The notes beneath the pieces are model-generated. The model was not told where the DNA came from and did no database searches. It was given only the letters and a program-made list of their open reading frames with translations. From assembly GCA_050951325.1 (NCBI GenBank), contig JBMNIW010000012.1:187439-251438 (forward strand): a stretch of 64,000 nucleotides of DNA, read 5' to 3'. Source of the DNA: Clostridia bacterium. Its GTDB lineage: Bacteria > Bacillota > Clostridia > UBA1212 > DUPL01. The position numbers were made by a program, and so were the translations under genes. Positions 46,979 through 56,233 of this stretch are shown here, in pieces (positions within the stretch are counted from its first letter, which is position 1; every line of letters starts with the position of its first letter).

Positions 46979-48295
46979 ATGAAATACAACGTGGTATTTG
47001 TGTTCTCGGATCAGCACAGGTTACAGGCAACAGGATATGCAGGAGATCCGAATGTAAACACACCAAACATGGACAGGCTAAGGGAAATAGGAACCGACTT
47101 CCTCTATGCAATATCAAACTGTCCTGTATGCAGCCCAAATAGGGCCAGCCTGATAACCGGACAGTATCCGCTAACCCATAGAGTGGTTTTTAACGATGTG
47201 ACCTTGTCACCAGACGCTACAAGCATTGCTCATGCATTTAAAAATTCCGGCTATGATACTGCATATATTGGAAAATGGCATCTAAACGGAAAAGGAAGAA
47301 GCTCATATATTCCACCGGAAGAAAGACTGGGTTTTGATTTCTGGAGAGTACTGGAATGTACCCATAACTACAACAACTCCTTCTTTTACGGAGATGACGA
47401 TGTGAGAAGGAAATGGGAAGGCTATGACGTTTTTGCCCAGACCAATTGTGCAATTGAGTATATAAAGGAACAGAGGAAAAAGGACAAACCTTTCTTCCTA
47501 ATGCTGTCCTGGGGACCTCCCCACGACCCATATAATATAGCACCAAGTGAATACAGGAAAAGATTCAAGGACAAGGAACTTGATTTAAGACCAAATGTGC
47601 CTGTGTATACAAAACCTTATGTGTTAAGAAATCTTCCTGGATACTATGCTCATGTTGAGGCTATAGATGACGCTCTTGGCAAACTTATGGACGTTATTGA
47701 TGACAACACCATTTTCGTTTATACCTCCGACCATGGCGACATGCTTGGCTCGCAGGGACTTGGTAAGAAGCAAAAGCCTTATGATGAAAGCATACGCATA
47801 CCTTTCCTTATGAAACTACCGGGTGAAAGCATAAAAAGCTTTGATGAGATGTTCAATACCCCGGATATTGCACCTACTTTGCTTGGTTTGTGCGGTATTG
47901 AGGTACCCAAAACCATGGAAGGCAGAGACTTGTCGGAAGTAATTAGAGGAAGGAAGAAAGTAGAGGAAACAGCCGCATTTATTATGAACATTGCCCCTTT
48001 TGGTGAGTATGCAAGATGTTTTGGAGGAAGGGAATGGAGGGGGCTTAGGACAAAACGCCATACCTATGTCATTTCAAAAGCAGGACCCTGGCTTTTGTTT
48101 GATAACAAAAAAGATCCATACCAGCTTAATAATTTGATTGAGAGCGAGGATTACAGACAAATCAGGGAAGAGCTGCATGAGGAACTTCTAAAAGTTATGG
48201 AGGAAAGAAACGATGATTTTCTGTTTGGAGATGAATATGCAGAAATGTGGGGATACAATCTTGATGATAACGGCACTGTGATCTATAACTGGTAA
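46979..48295 (+). CDS. Cys-type sulfatase, no signal peptide (cytoplasmic)
   Basis: Signature I 'CSPNRASLITG', signature II 'GYDTAYIGKWHLNG'. Confidence 0.8.
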   Translation: MKYNVVFVFSDQHRLQATGYAGDPNVNTPNMDRLREIGTDFLYAISNCPVCSPNRASLITGQYPLTHRVVFNDVTLSPDATSIAHAFKNSGYDTAYIGKWHLNGKGRSSYIPPEERLGFDFWRVLECTHNYNNSFFYGDDDVRRKWEGYDVFAQTNCAIEYIKEQRKKDKPFFLMLSWGPPHDPYNIAPSEYRKRFKDKELDLRPNVPVYTKPYVLRNLPGYYAHVEAIDDALGKLMDVIDDNTIFVYTSDHGDMLGSQGLGKKQKPYDESIRIPFLMKLPGESIKSFDEMFNTPDIAPTLLGLCGIEVPKTMEGRDLSEVIRGRKKVEETAAFIMNIAPFGEYARCFGGREWRGLRTKRHTYVISKAGPWLLFDNKKDPYQLNNLIESEDYRQIREELHEELLKVMEERNDDFLFGDEYAEMWGYNLDDNGTVIYNW

Positions 48296-48310
48296 AAAAA
48301 ATTTTTTAAA

Positions 48311-48345
48311 CCCTATTGACATTTGATAGGGTTTTATTTATACTA
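48311..48345 (+). terminator. Terminator after sulfatase (CCCTAT-...-ATAGGG + T-run) whose loop/3' half overlaps promoter -35 TTGACA (48316-48321)/-10 TATACT (48339-48344) of the GntR operon
   Basis: Read directly. Confidence 0.45.
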
Positions 48346-48405
48346 ATTTTAGTTAATCACTCAACTAACTAACCAGTATTCTAATGAGCCAGAAAGGAGG
48401 AACTT

Positions 48406-48777
48406 ATGTTTATCGAATTTTCAGATGAAAAGCCAATCTTTATACAGATAGCGGAGTGGATTGAGGATGCAATTCTTGCAGGCAGATACGAGGAAGAACA
48501 ACAGATACCTTCAATCACGGAATTTTCAGTGGCATGCAAGATAAATCCAGCTACTGCATTGAAAGGTATAAACCTGTTGGTGGATGATGGAATTTTATAC
48601 AAGAAAAGGGGGCTAGGCATGTTTGTTGCAAATGGAGCGCATGAAAAATTAAGAACAAAGCGCAAAGAACTGTTTTACGAAAACTATGTCATCAGCCTTG
48701 TTAAAGAGGCAAAGAGAATCAATATTGATAAAAACGATATAATGAAAATGATAGAAAGAGGGTTTGAAAATGATTGA
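48406..48777 (+). CDS. GntR-family regulator, YtrA subfamily (short C-terminal domain)
   Basis: wHTH 'IPSITEFSVACKINPATALKGINLLVDDGILYKKRGLGMFV', 123 aa, followed by ABC ATPase+permease. Confidence 0.8.
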   Translation: MFIEFSDEKPIFIQIAEWIEDAILAGRYEEEQQIPSITEFSVACKINPATALKGINLLVDDGILYKKRGLGMFVANGAHEKLRTKRKELFYENYVISLVKEAKRINIDKNDIMKMIERGFEND

Positions 48778-49621
48778 GATTAAGAGTTTAACCAAAGATT
48801 ATAAAAATGTAAGAGCTCTTGACAATGTTACATTGACATTTGAAGAGAACAAAATATATGGACTTTTGGGAAGAAACGGAGTTGGCAAGTCCACACTGTT
48901 GAACATAATTACAGATAAAGTGTTTCCAAGCCAGGGAGAAGTATTGGTAGATGGGGAAAAAGTTTCAAACAACGACGAAGTTCTCGGAAAGATGTTCTTG
49001 ATGAATGAAAAGAACTACTATCCAGAGAGCATGAAGGTGTATGAGATATTCAACTGGACGAATGAGTTCTATCCTGACTTTGACTTGGTCAGTGCTTTTG
49101 AACTGGCAGACAAATTCAAGCTTAATACAAAAAGCAAGGTTAAAGCCCTCTCCACTGGATACGCATCAATTTTCAAGGCAATAGTTGCTCTTTGCTCTAA
49201 TACAAAATATATATTGCTTGACGAGCCGGTTTTGGGACTTGATGCAAACCACAGGGATTTACTTTACAAAGTCATACTGGACAGATACGCAAACAACCCA
49301 AAAACAATAATCATTTCCACCCATTTAATTGAAGAAGTGTCCAGTGTTATTGAAGAGATCGTTATTATCCACAATGGAAAAGTCCTTTTGCAGGATTCCT
49401 GCGAAAATGTTCTATCCTCCGGATACACCATAACAGGAAAAATCCAGGACGTAGATGAGTATATAGATGGGAAGGATGTAATCAGCACTGAAACCTTTGG
49501 AGGTCTCAAGAATGCGTATGTTAAAGGAAAACCGCAAAATGTACCGAGCAGCCTGGAAGTTTCTAAACTTGACCTGCAAAAACTCTTCATCCAACTAACA
49601 AACGATAAGGAGGGAATCTAA
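48764..49621 (+). CDS. ABC transporter ATP-binding protein (YtrB-like)
   Basis: Walker A 'GRNGVGKST', signature region, Walker B 'ILLDEP'. Confidence 0.85.
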   Translation: MKMIEIKSLTKDYKNVRALDNVTLTFEENKIYGLLGRNGVGKSTLLNIITDKVFPSQGEVLVDGEKVSNNDEVLGKMFLMNEKNYYPESMKVYEIFNWTNEFYPDFDLVSAFELADKFKLNTKSKVKALSTGYASIFKAIVALCSNTKYILLDEPVLGLDANHRDLLYKVILDRYANNPKTIIISTHLIEEVSSVIEEIVIIHNGKVLLQDSCENVLSSGYTITGKIQDVDEYIDGKDVISTETFGGLKNAYVKGKPQNVPSSLEVSKLDLQKLFIQLTNDKEGI

Positions 49622-50365
49622 ATGAGAAACAAAACGAAAGCCGTTTACAAATACAATATTACGACCAGTGCAAGACCCCTGGGCATTTATTATTTCATAG
49701 TACTTATGATTATCATATCCTTTGCAATTATCGCTCTTATTTCAAGCGGAAACACACATGTTTCAGGTATTGAGTTTGCAACAGTTATATTTTTGTTAGT
49801 CTTGGCACTGGCAGACTTTAGGGAGAATTTTGAAGCACTAAACCAATACGGTTTGAGCAGAAAGTCCATATATGTGGGAAAAGTGCTTGCCTTTGGTTCG
49901 CTTGCACTGGCTGCCGCTTTTATTGACAGACTTCTGGTAATTGCTGTGGAAAAAATAACTTCTCCAATGGAAAACTTTCTTTTTGGAAGCTTTTTCACCA
50001 CAATGTATGAAACCAGCTTTGCCAAATTAAATTTTTGGTCCGAGAACCTGCTGGCACTCCTCCTGTCCTTCTCTGCATATCTTGCGCTATTGTCTTCCGG
50101 AACATTTATATCTGCAGTTTTCTACAGATCCAACCGTATCGGTAAAATTGCAATTGCTGCAGGAATACCCATATTTATCTTTGTAGCCGTACCGGTCATT
50201 GGAGCTTATATCTACACCTCCAAGTTGGCCAAAGTGTTTACGAAATTGTTGGAAATCTCGCTGTCGACTCCTGCAAGAGCTTCAGTTTCCTTTTTACTCG
50301 GTGCAATTATTTTCGGTGTAATAACCTATCCTATTGTTATGAGGACTACTTTGAAAGGAAAGTAA
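49622..50365 (+). CDS. ABC-2-type membrane permease partner
   Basis: 6 predicted TM segments, adjacent to ATPase. Confidence 0.6.
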   Translation: MRNKTKAVYKYNITTSARPLGIYYFIVLMIIISFAIIALISSGNTHVSGIEFATVIFLLVLALADFRENFEALNQYGLSRKSIYVGKVLAFGSLALAAAFIDRLLVIAVEKITSPMENFLFGSFFTTMYETSFAKLNFWSENLLALLLSFSAYLALLSSGTFISAVFYRSNRIGKIAIAAGIPIFIFVAVPVIGAYIYTSKLAKVFTKLLEISLSTPARASVSFLLGAIIFGVITYPIVMRTTLKGK

Positions 50366-50374
50366 CAGACATTC

Positions 50375-50400
50375 AAGCCGCGCATTGCGCGGCTTCTTCT
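50375..50400 (+). terminator. Terminator AAGCCGCGC-att-GCGCGGCTT + T-run; followed by promoter TTGACA-17-TATTAT (50409-50437)
   Basis: Read directly. Confidence 0.6.
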
Positions 50401-50471
50401 TTTCATTGACAATATTCTGGAATTATCCTATTATTATTTGACCCGAAATATTTACATTGGAAGGTTTTATA

Positions 50472-51404
50472 ATGAAACACGTTAATCTAAATTCAACTGA
50501 TCTGGTAGTATCAGACGTATGTCTTGGAACTGGAAAATTTGGCAACAGCCTCGATGTAACTTCTAGCAAGCATCAACTTTCTCATTTCTTTTATTCTGGG
50601 TACAATTTTATTGATACCGCCCGGGTTTACGGAAACAGCGAAAGAGTAATCGGAGAGTGGCTTAAGGAGACCAATCTGCGTTCTTCCATTGTCATTGCTT
50701 CAAAGGGTGCACACCCGGATGTTGAATGGAATTCCAGAATGACGAGGGAAGATATACTATATGATATTGAGACTAGTCTGACCACTTTGGGGACCGATTA
50801 CATAGATTTGTACTTTCTGCACAGGGATGACAGAAACGTGCCCGTTCGCGAAATTATTGACATGCTGGAAGATCTTTGCAACAGCGGAAAAGTACGCTAC
50901 TATGGTTGTTCTAACTGGACACTGGATAGAATAATCGAGGCACAACAATATGCGAAAAAATCAGGCAGCAAGGGTTTTGTCTGCAACCAGGTTATGCTTT
51001 CTTTGACAAAAGCAAACAAGAATGTTTTTGATAAGATGGACATGATTCAGGCAGACAAGGATATGGTGGAATACCATGAGAACACCAACCTCACACTTAT
51101 GTCGTATATGACTCTTGCAGGCGGATATTTTATAAAACTGATGGAAAAATCAGAAATACACGAAAACTACAAGATAATGTATGATAACGAAGAAAACCGC
51201 AAAACATTAATAGTAATGAAGGATTTATGCAAAAAATACGGCTACAGTCCACTGGAGCTTTTGCTACAGTATGTACTCGCAAGACCTTTCTGCTCAATAC
51301 CTGTCATTTCTTTTTCAAGTATTGGACAAATGGATGAGGTTTTAAGGTTCAGTGAAAGCAGTTTTCAAAAGGAACACATCGATATGCTAGTAAAAATATT
51401 TTAG
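50472..51404 (+). CDS. Aldo/keto reductase family oxidoreductase (start ATG 50472 after GGAAGG RBS)
   Basis: 'DTARVYGNSERVIGEWL', 'IDLYFLHRDD' AKR motifs. Confidence 0.8.
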   Translation: MKHVNLNSTDLVVSDVCLGTGKFGNSLDVTSSKHQLSHFFYSGYNFIDTARVYGNSERVIGEWLKETNLRSSIVIASKGAHPDVEWNSRMTREDILYDIETSLTTLGTDYIDLYFLHRDDRNVPVREIIDMLEDLCNSGKVRYYGCSNWTLDRIIEAQQYAKKSGSKGFVCNQVMLSLTKANKNVFDKMDMIQADKDMVEYHENTNLTLMSYMTLAGGYFIKLMEKSEIHENYKIMYDNEENRKTLIVMKDLCKKYGYSPLELLLQYVLARPFCSIPVISFSSIGQMDEVLRFSESSFQKEHIDMLVKIF

Positions 51405-51426
51405 GATGAAATAAAGAAGGGTTTTT

Positions 51427-51942
51427 ATGGAGTTCAACATAGATGTATTTACAGACTACCTCGCAAAGTACGGAGTCATAACCATATTTATTGTCGTTTT
51501 TCTAGAGTACTTGAATCTGCCAGGGTTTCCTGCAGGTGTCATTATGCCCCTTTCAGGAATCTGGATCTATCAAGGAGGCATTAACTTTTTCTTTGCATAT
51601 TCCGTATCCATACTGGCAGGTCTTTGCGGAAGCTGGGTTCTATACCTGATAGGTTTTTATGGTGGCTCGTTGGTTATAACGAAATATACAAACAGGTTCC
51701 CAAAACATAAAGAAAGGATAGAGAAGGTTATACATTCCATTGAAAGGAAAGGCTATTTGGGAGTTTTTATTGGAAAGCTGATTCCTGTTGCAAGGACCCT
51801 TGTTTCACTTCCTGCAGGCGCTCTAAGGCTCAACTTTTATAAATACACCATGGCTTCAGGTTTTGGTATTGCAATCTGGAACTTCGTTTTTATTGGCGCT
51901 GGGTATCTGTTTGGACAACCTGTTATTAATTTTCTTTCCTAG
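51427..51942 (+). CDS. DedA-family (SNARE-associated) membrane protein
   Basis: 'GFPAGVIMPLSG...LIPVARTLVSLPAG' DedA signature. Confidence 0.7.
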   Translation: MEFNIDVFTDYLAKYGVITIFIVVFLEYLNLPGFPAGVIMPLSGIWIYQGGINFFFAYSVSILAGLCGSWVLYLIGFYGGSLVITKYTNRFPKHKERIEKVIHSIERKGYLGVFIGKLIPVARTLVSLPAGALRLNFYKYTMASGFGIAIWNFVFIGAGYLFGQPVINFLS

Positions 51943-51996
51943 TGTAATAAGTCCCATGTGTGGTATAATCAAGAAAATAAAAAAGGGAGGGGTTTT

Positions 51997-52965
51997 ATGT
52001 TAAATATTGCTCTAATTGGCACTTGGCATGTTCACTTTGATCAGTATGCAAGAGAAATCAAGGAAAATCCAAACTGCGAGATTTACGGCATCTGGGATCC
52101 GGATAAAAGCAAGGCCGAGGAAAAAGCAAAAGAGTATGGAACTTTCGCATTTGATAATCTTGATGATGCTTTGGAATCTGCTGATGTGGACGGTATCGTA
52201 ATTTCCACCGCCACAAACATGCACACTGATATTATAATCAAGGCTGCCGAGAATAAGAAACATATTTTTACTGAAAAAGTCTTGTGCTTTACCGTCGGAG
52301 AGGCGAAAAGAATTAGGGAAAGCGTAAAAAGAAACAACATAAAATTCTGTATTTCCTATCCATGGCGCACACGCAGCGACTTTCTATGGATAAAAGAAGC
52401 TATGGATAATAAACTTATAGGGGATGTTACATATTTAAGGATAAGAAACTGCCATGATGGAGCTTCTACAGGATGGCTGCCTCCACATTTCTTTGACCTG
52501 GAAGAGTGCGGTGGCGGCGCAATGATGGACCTGGGTGCACATCCCATGTATCTCATCCGCTGGCTTTTGGGAAGACCAAAATCAATCACATCCACTTTTA
52601 CAAAAGTAACAGGAAAAGAAGTGGAAGACAATGCAGTGTCAGTACTTGAGTATGAAGATGGCGCTATAGCTGTAAGCGAGACGGGATTCGTTTCATCCCA
52701 CAATCCATTTTCATTTGAAGCCAGTGGTACAAAGGGAACAATATACGCAGGCGGTTACACGAACAATTGCGTATACAACATTGGAGAGGGCTGGGTAGAA
52801 CCCGAACTTAAAGAGCCTCTGCCCATACCTAGTACTATGTGGATTGATGGTATTATAGACGACCTTGAGATTCCATTTGACATTGACAGTGCGTATGATC
52901 TGACCGAACTGATGGATTATGCATACAAGTCTTATGAAAGTGGTACCAAAGTTAATCTATATTAA
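51997..52965 (+). CDS. Gfo/Idh/MocA-family NAD(P)-dependent oxidoreductase (start ATG 51997 after GGGAGGGG RBS; extended -10 TGTGGTATAAT at 51961-51971)
   Basis: 'NIALIGTWHVHFDQYA' Rossmann N-term. Confidence 0.75.
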   Translation: MLNIALIGTWHVHFDQYAREIKENPNCEIYGIWDPDKSKAEEKAKEYGTFAFDNLDDALESADVDGIVISTATNMHTDIIIKAAENKKHIFTEKVLCFTVGEAKRIRESVKRNNIKFCISYPWRTRSDFLWIKEAMDNKLIGDVTYLRIRNCHDGASTGWLPPHFFDLEECGGGAMMDLGAHPMYLIRWLLGRPKSITSTFTKVTGKEVEDNAVSVLEYEDGAIAVSETGFVSSHNPFSFEASGTKGTIYAGGYTNNCVYNIGEGWVEPELKEPLPIPSTMWIDGIIDDLEIPFDIDSAYDLTELMDYAYKSYESGTKVNLY

Positions 52966-53028
52966 TGTACACAATGCATTAATTTGTAACTAATTTATTT
53001 TGTATTTACAAAGAGGAGGAATGTATTT

Positions 53029-53465
53029 ATGATATGCAATAATTGCGGCACCGCCAACAATGAAGACGCTAAGTTCTGTAAGAACTGCGGAAACAACCTG
53101 GCACAGGGCGAAACTACACAACCAGAACAAACAACCCAACAAGCCCACATCAAACTCAAACTCAAACTCAGCTCGAACAGCATATCCAGTATGTAACCCC
53201 AGAAAAAATGCCACGGGTGGAAAATTATCTGGTCTTCTCGATTCTCGTTACACTACTTTGCTGTCTGCCTTTAGGTATTGCAGCAATTATCAAGTCCAGC
53301 CAGGTGGATAAGGAACTTGCCATAGGTAACTACGAGGGAGCTTTGGCAGCATCCAAACAGGCAAAGACTTTCAACTTGATAGGAGTAATATCCGGAGGAG
53401 TGTTTGTACTTATATGGGTAGTTGTTACTTTTATATTGCCTTTATTACTGGCTTTTGGCCTCTAA
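53029..53465 (+). pseudogene. Zinc-ribbon + CD225/dispanin-domain membrane protein, paralog of 53602..53979, interrupted by a frameshift (ZnR part 53029..53202, CD225 part in another frame 53208..53465)
   Basis: 'MICNNCGTANNEDAKFCKNCGNNL' + (other frame) '...VENYLVFSILVTLLCCLPLGIAAIIKSSQVDKELAIG' colinear with intact paralog; CD225 ORF has no RBS. Confidence 0.55.
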
Positions 53466-53601
53466 TTTCATATTTGTTTTTTGTATATTAAAACTAGCGG
53501 GTTTTACACCTTCTAGTTTTTAACTATTCATAATTGACTTTTTCTGTTATAACCTCTACAATCAAGGATACATGTATATATATTTTTCAGGAGGACAAGA
53601 C

Positions 53602-53979
53602 ATGGTATGTAAAGCTTGTGGCCATATCAATCAAGACAATATGGCGAAATTTTGTTCAGCATGCGGAAACGAACTTCAGCAAGAATCACAAAACACCGTT
53701 TATCAGGAAAGTGTATATTACCAGCCACCACCACAAAGAGTGCCAAACTATCTGATTTTTTCAATACTTACAACAGTATTTTGCTGTCTGCCCATAGGTA
53801 TTGCAGCAATTATCAAATCAAGCCAGGTGGATAAGAAAGTAGCTATAGGTGAATACGATGAAGCAATAAAGATGTCCCAACAGGCAAAAACCTTGAGCAT
53901 ACTGTCCGTCATTCTTGGTGTAGTATTTGTCATTTTCTATATAATTATTATTGCAATAACAAGTACGGCATTAAGGTAA
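53602..53979 (+). CDS. Zinc-ribbon + CD225/dispanin-domain membrane protein (start ATG 53602 after AGGAGG RBS)
   Basis: 'MVCKACGHINQDNMAKFCSACGNEL...NYLIFSILTTVFCCLPIGIAAIIKSSQVDK'. Confidence 0.65.
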   Translation: MVCKACGHINQDNMAKFCSACGNELQQESQNTVYQESVYYQPPPQRVPNYLIFSILTTVFCCLPIGIAAIIKSSQVDKKVAIGEYDEAIKMSQQAKTLSILSVILGVVFVIFYIIIIAITSTALR

Positions 53980-53985
53980 GCGAAA

Positions 53986-54396
53986 GTGATTTCCATAAAG
54001 AAAAGAACTGTCATAATACTTTTGACCTCCGCAGCAACAGCGTTCTTGGTTCTTCTATATTTCTTTGAACCTGTAAAAGGGGGAATATTTCCACCCTGTC
54101 CTTTCAATTACCTTACCGGTCTGTACTGCCCCGGATGCGGTTCATTGAGAGGACTCCACTCATTACTACATGGAAATTTCCTGAAAGCCATGGATCACAA
54201 CATTCTGATGGTGCTCTCTTTGCCATTGGTCTTTTATCTATATCTGATGGAGCTTGATCTGTATATAAATGGAATGCCGCTTATAAAAAAGCGGCATTTT
54301 GGTAAAACCTTTTACACAATCATCATAACAGTAATTGTAGCTTATTGGATATTGAGAAATATAAACGCTTACCCATTCATCATATTGGCACCGTGA
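53986..54396 (+). CDS. DUF2752-family membrane protein (CPxCGxxR motif)
   Basis: 'FPPCPFNYLTGLYCPGCGSLRGLHSLLHG'. Confidence 0.6.
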   Translation: MISIKKRTVIILLTSAATAFLVLLYFFEPVKGGIFPPCPFNYLTGLYCPGCGSLRGLHSLLHGNFLKAMDHNILMVLSLPLVFYLYLMELDLYINGMPLIKKRHFGKTFYTIIITVIVAYWILRNINAYPFIILAP

Positions 54397-54407
54397 CAGG
54401 TACTTTT

Positions 54408-56135
54408 TTATGCACTTTGGGATTTTGATAATCTTCTATACAGACCATCCTGCTGCATGAGTTCTTCATGGGTTCCTCTCTGAACAATTCTACCTTCTTC
54501 AAGAACAAGTATCAAATCCGCATTCTGAATTGTGGACAGTCTGTGCGCAATTGCAATTATTGTTCTCTTTCCTGCCAGTGAGGCAATTGCCTTCTGAATT
54601 TCTCTTTCCGTTTCCACATCTACAGAGGCGGTTGCTTCGTCAAGAATAATGATGGGTGAGTTTCTAAGAATTGCTCTTGCAATGGCCACTCTCTGCTTCT
54701 GACCTCCGCTCAGTCTAAGACCCCTTTCCCCAACCTGTGTCTGGTATCCATCTGGCATCTCCATAATGCTGTTATGTATCCTTGCCGCTTTCGCCGCATT
54801 TATAATCTCATCCATGGTGGCATCAGGTTTCGCATAAGCAATATTCTCCGCCACAGTTCCATTGAACAGGAAAGTATCCTGCAATACCGGTGCTATATTA
54901 TACCTCAGACTGTTTAGAGTTACATCCTTTACATCAACGCCGTCAATCAGTACTCGACCTTCAGTTGGATCGTAGAATCTTGAAATGAGCTGCGTCAATG
55001 TTGTCTTTCCAACTCCTGTAGGACCCACCAAGGCAATCATCTGTCCAGGCTTGGCGTCAAAGAATATGTCTCTCAAAACCATTCCGCCTGTCTGGTACTT
55101 GAAGGATACATCCTCAAAAGTAATTCTGCCTTTTACATCCTTAAGCACAACTGCATTTTTGGCTTCCTTGATTTCTGAAGGGGTATCCAGAACAGCCATT
55201 ACTCTTTCAGCACCTGCATACGCCTGCTGCATTTCCTCTAGCACTCTGGCAAGTGATGATATGGGTGCGTAGAACAGAGACAAATAGAGCAGAAACGCAA
55301 TTATGTCCGAAACGGACAATCCCCATGCATGAGCGAACATTCCGCCTATACCTACAACAATTATGGTTCCTGTTGATGACAGGAACTCAACTGATGGATG
55401 GAATATTCCGCTTAAGTTAAGAGCGTGAAGGTTTGCTTTAGTGTATTCCTTTGCTTTCTGTCTTACCTGGCTGGACTCATATTCCTGTTGGCAGAATGCT
55501 TGTATTTCGTGTATTCCTGAAAAGTTGTCCTGCAACTTCGCATTAATTTCAGCCTGGTATTTCTGTGCTGCCCTAAAATTCGGTCTTACCTTCTTTGCAT
55601 ACAACCAACCTGCAATCAGTATAAAAGGAATTGGAATAAAGGTTAAGAGCGCAAGTCTGTAATTTATCGCAAGCAGCATTACCATTACGCCAATTACGGT
55701 CACTGCATTTGTTAGCATTTCAGGTATGATATGAGCGTATAATAGCTCAAAGGTCACAGTATCATTAATAACCCGGCTCATCAGGTCTCCTGTCTGCTTA
55801 TCGTGGAAAAAACTCATGGACAGCCCCTGTATATGGTCATATATTCTAACCCTTATATCCTCCACCAGCTGCCAGGCAGCCTTGTGCGCCAAAAAGTTTG
55901 CCAGGTATCTGAACAAGACTCTGAGCAGATACAAAGCAATCAGTATAAATGTTAGTTTTAGAATCACATCAAAATAGTCCTTGCTTTCCCCGCTTTCAAC
56001 TATGCCTGTCATCCTTGTAAGTATCTTTGGAGCGGCAAGGTTGATGATGGTCAGCGAAAAGGTAGAAAAAATGGCAATAAAATAAAGGCCTTTGTATCGT
56101 ATAGCTTCTTTTCCTAGTCTCCAGAGAAGTTTCAT
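54408..56135 (-). CDS. ABC exporter, fused permease/ATPase (MsbA/multidrug type)
   Basis: 6-TM N-domain; 'GPTGVGKTT', 'LSGGQKQRVAIARA', 'ILDEATASVD'. Confidence 0.9.
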   Translation of the reverse strand: MKLLWRLGKEAIRYKGLYFIAIFSTFSLTIINLAAPKILTRMTGIVESGESKDYFDVILKLTFILIALYLLRVLFRYLANFLAHKAAWQLVEDIRVRIYDHIQGLSMSFFHDKQTGDLMSRVINDTVTFELLYAHIIPEMLTNAVTVIGVMVMLLAINYRLALLTFIPIPFILIAGWLYAKKVRPNFRAAQKYQAEINAKLQDNFSGIHEIQAFCQQEYESSQVRQKAKEYTKANLHALNLSGIFHPSVEFLSSTGTIIVVGIGGMFAHAWGLSVSDIIAFLLYLSLFYAPISSLARVLEEMQQAYAGAERVMAVLDTPSEIKEAKNAVVLKDVKGRITFEDVSFKYQTGGMVLRDIFFDAKPGQMIALVGPTGVGKTTLTQLISRFYDPTEGRVLIDGVDVKDVTLNSLRYNIAPVLQDTFLFNGTVAENIAYAKPDATMDEIINAAKAARIHNSIMEMPDGYQTQVGERGLRLSGGQKQRVAIARAILRNSPIIILDEATASVDVETEREIQKAIASLAGKRTIIAIAHRLSTIQNADLILVLEEGRIVQRGTHEELMQQDGLYRRLSKSQSA

Positions 56136-56201
56136 CCTTAGCCTCCTAAAATTCTGTGTTCAGTATATTTTATCAAAGTATTATGAAAAAATCATCACAG
56201 A

Positions 56202-56226
56202 ATAAGAAACCCGGCCTCTGGCCGGG
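56202..56226. terminator. Bidirectional terminator AAACCCGGCC-tctg-GCCGGGCTTTT
   Basis: Read directly. Confidence 0.6.
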
Positions 56227-56233
56227 CTTTTAA

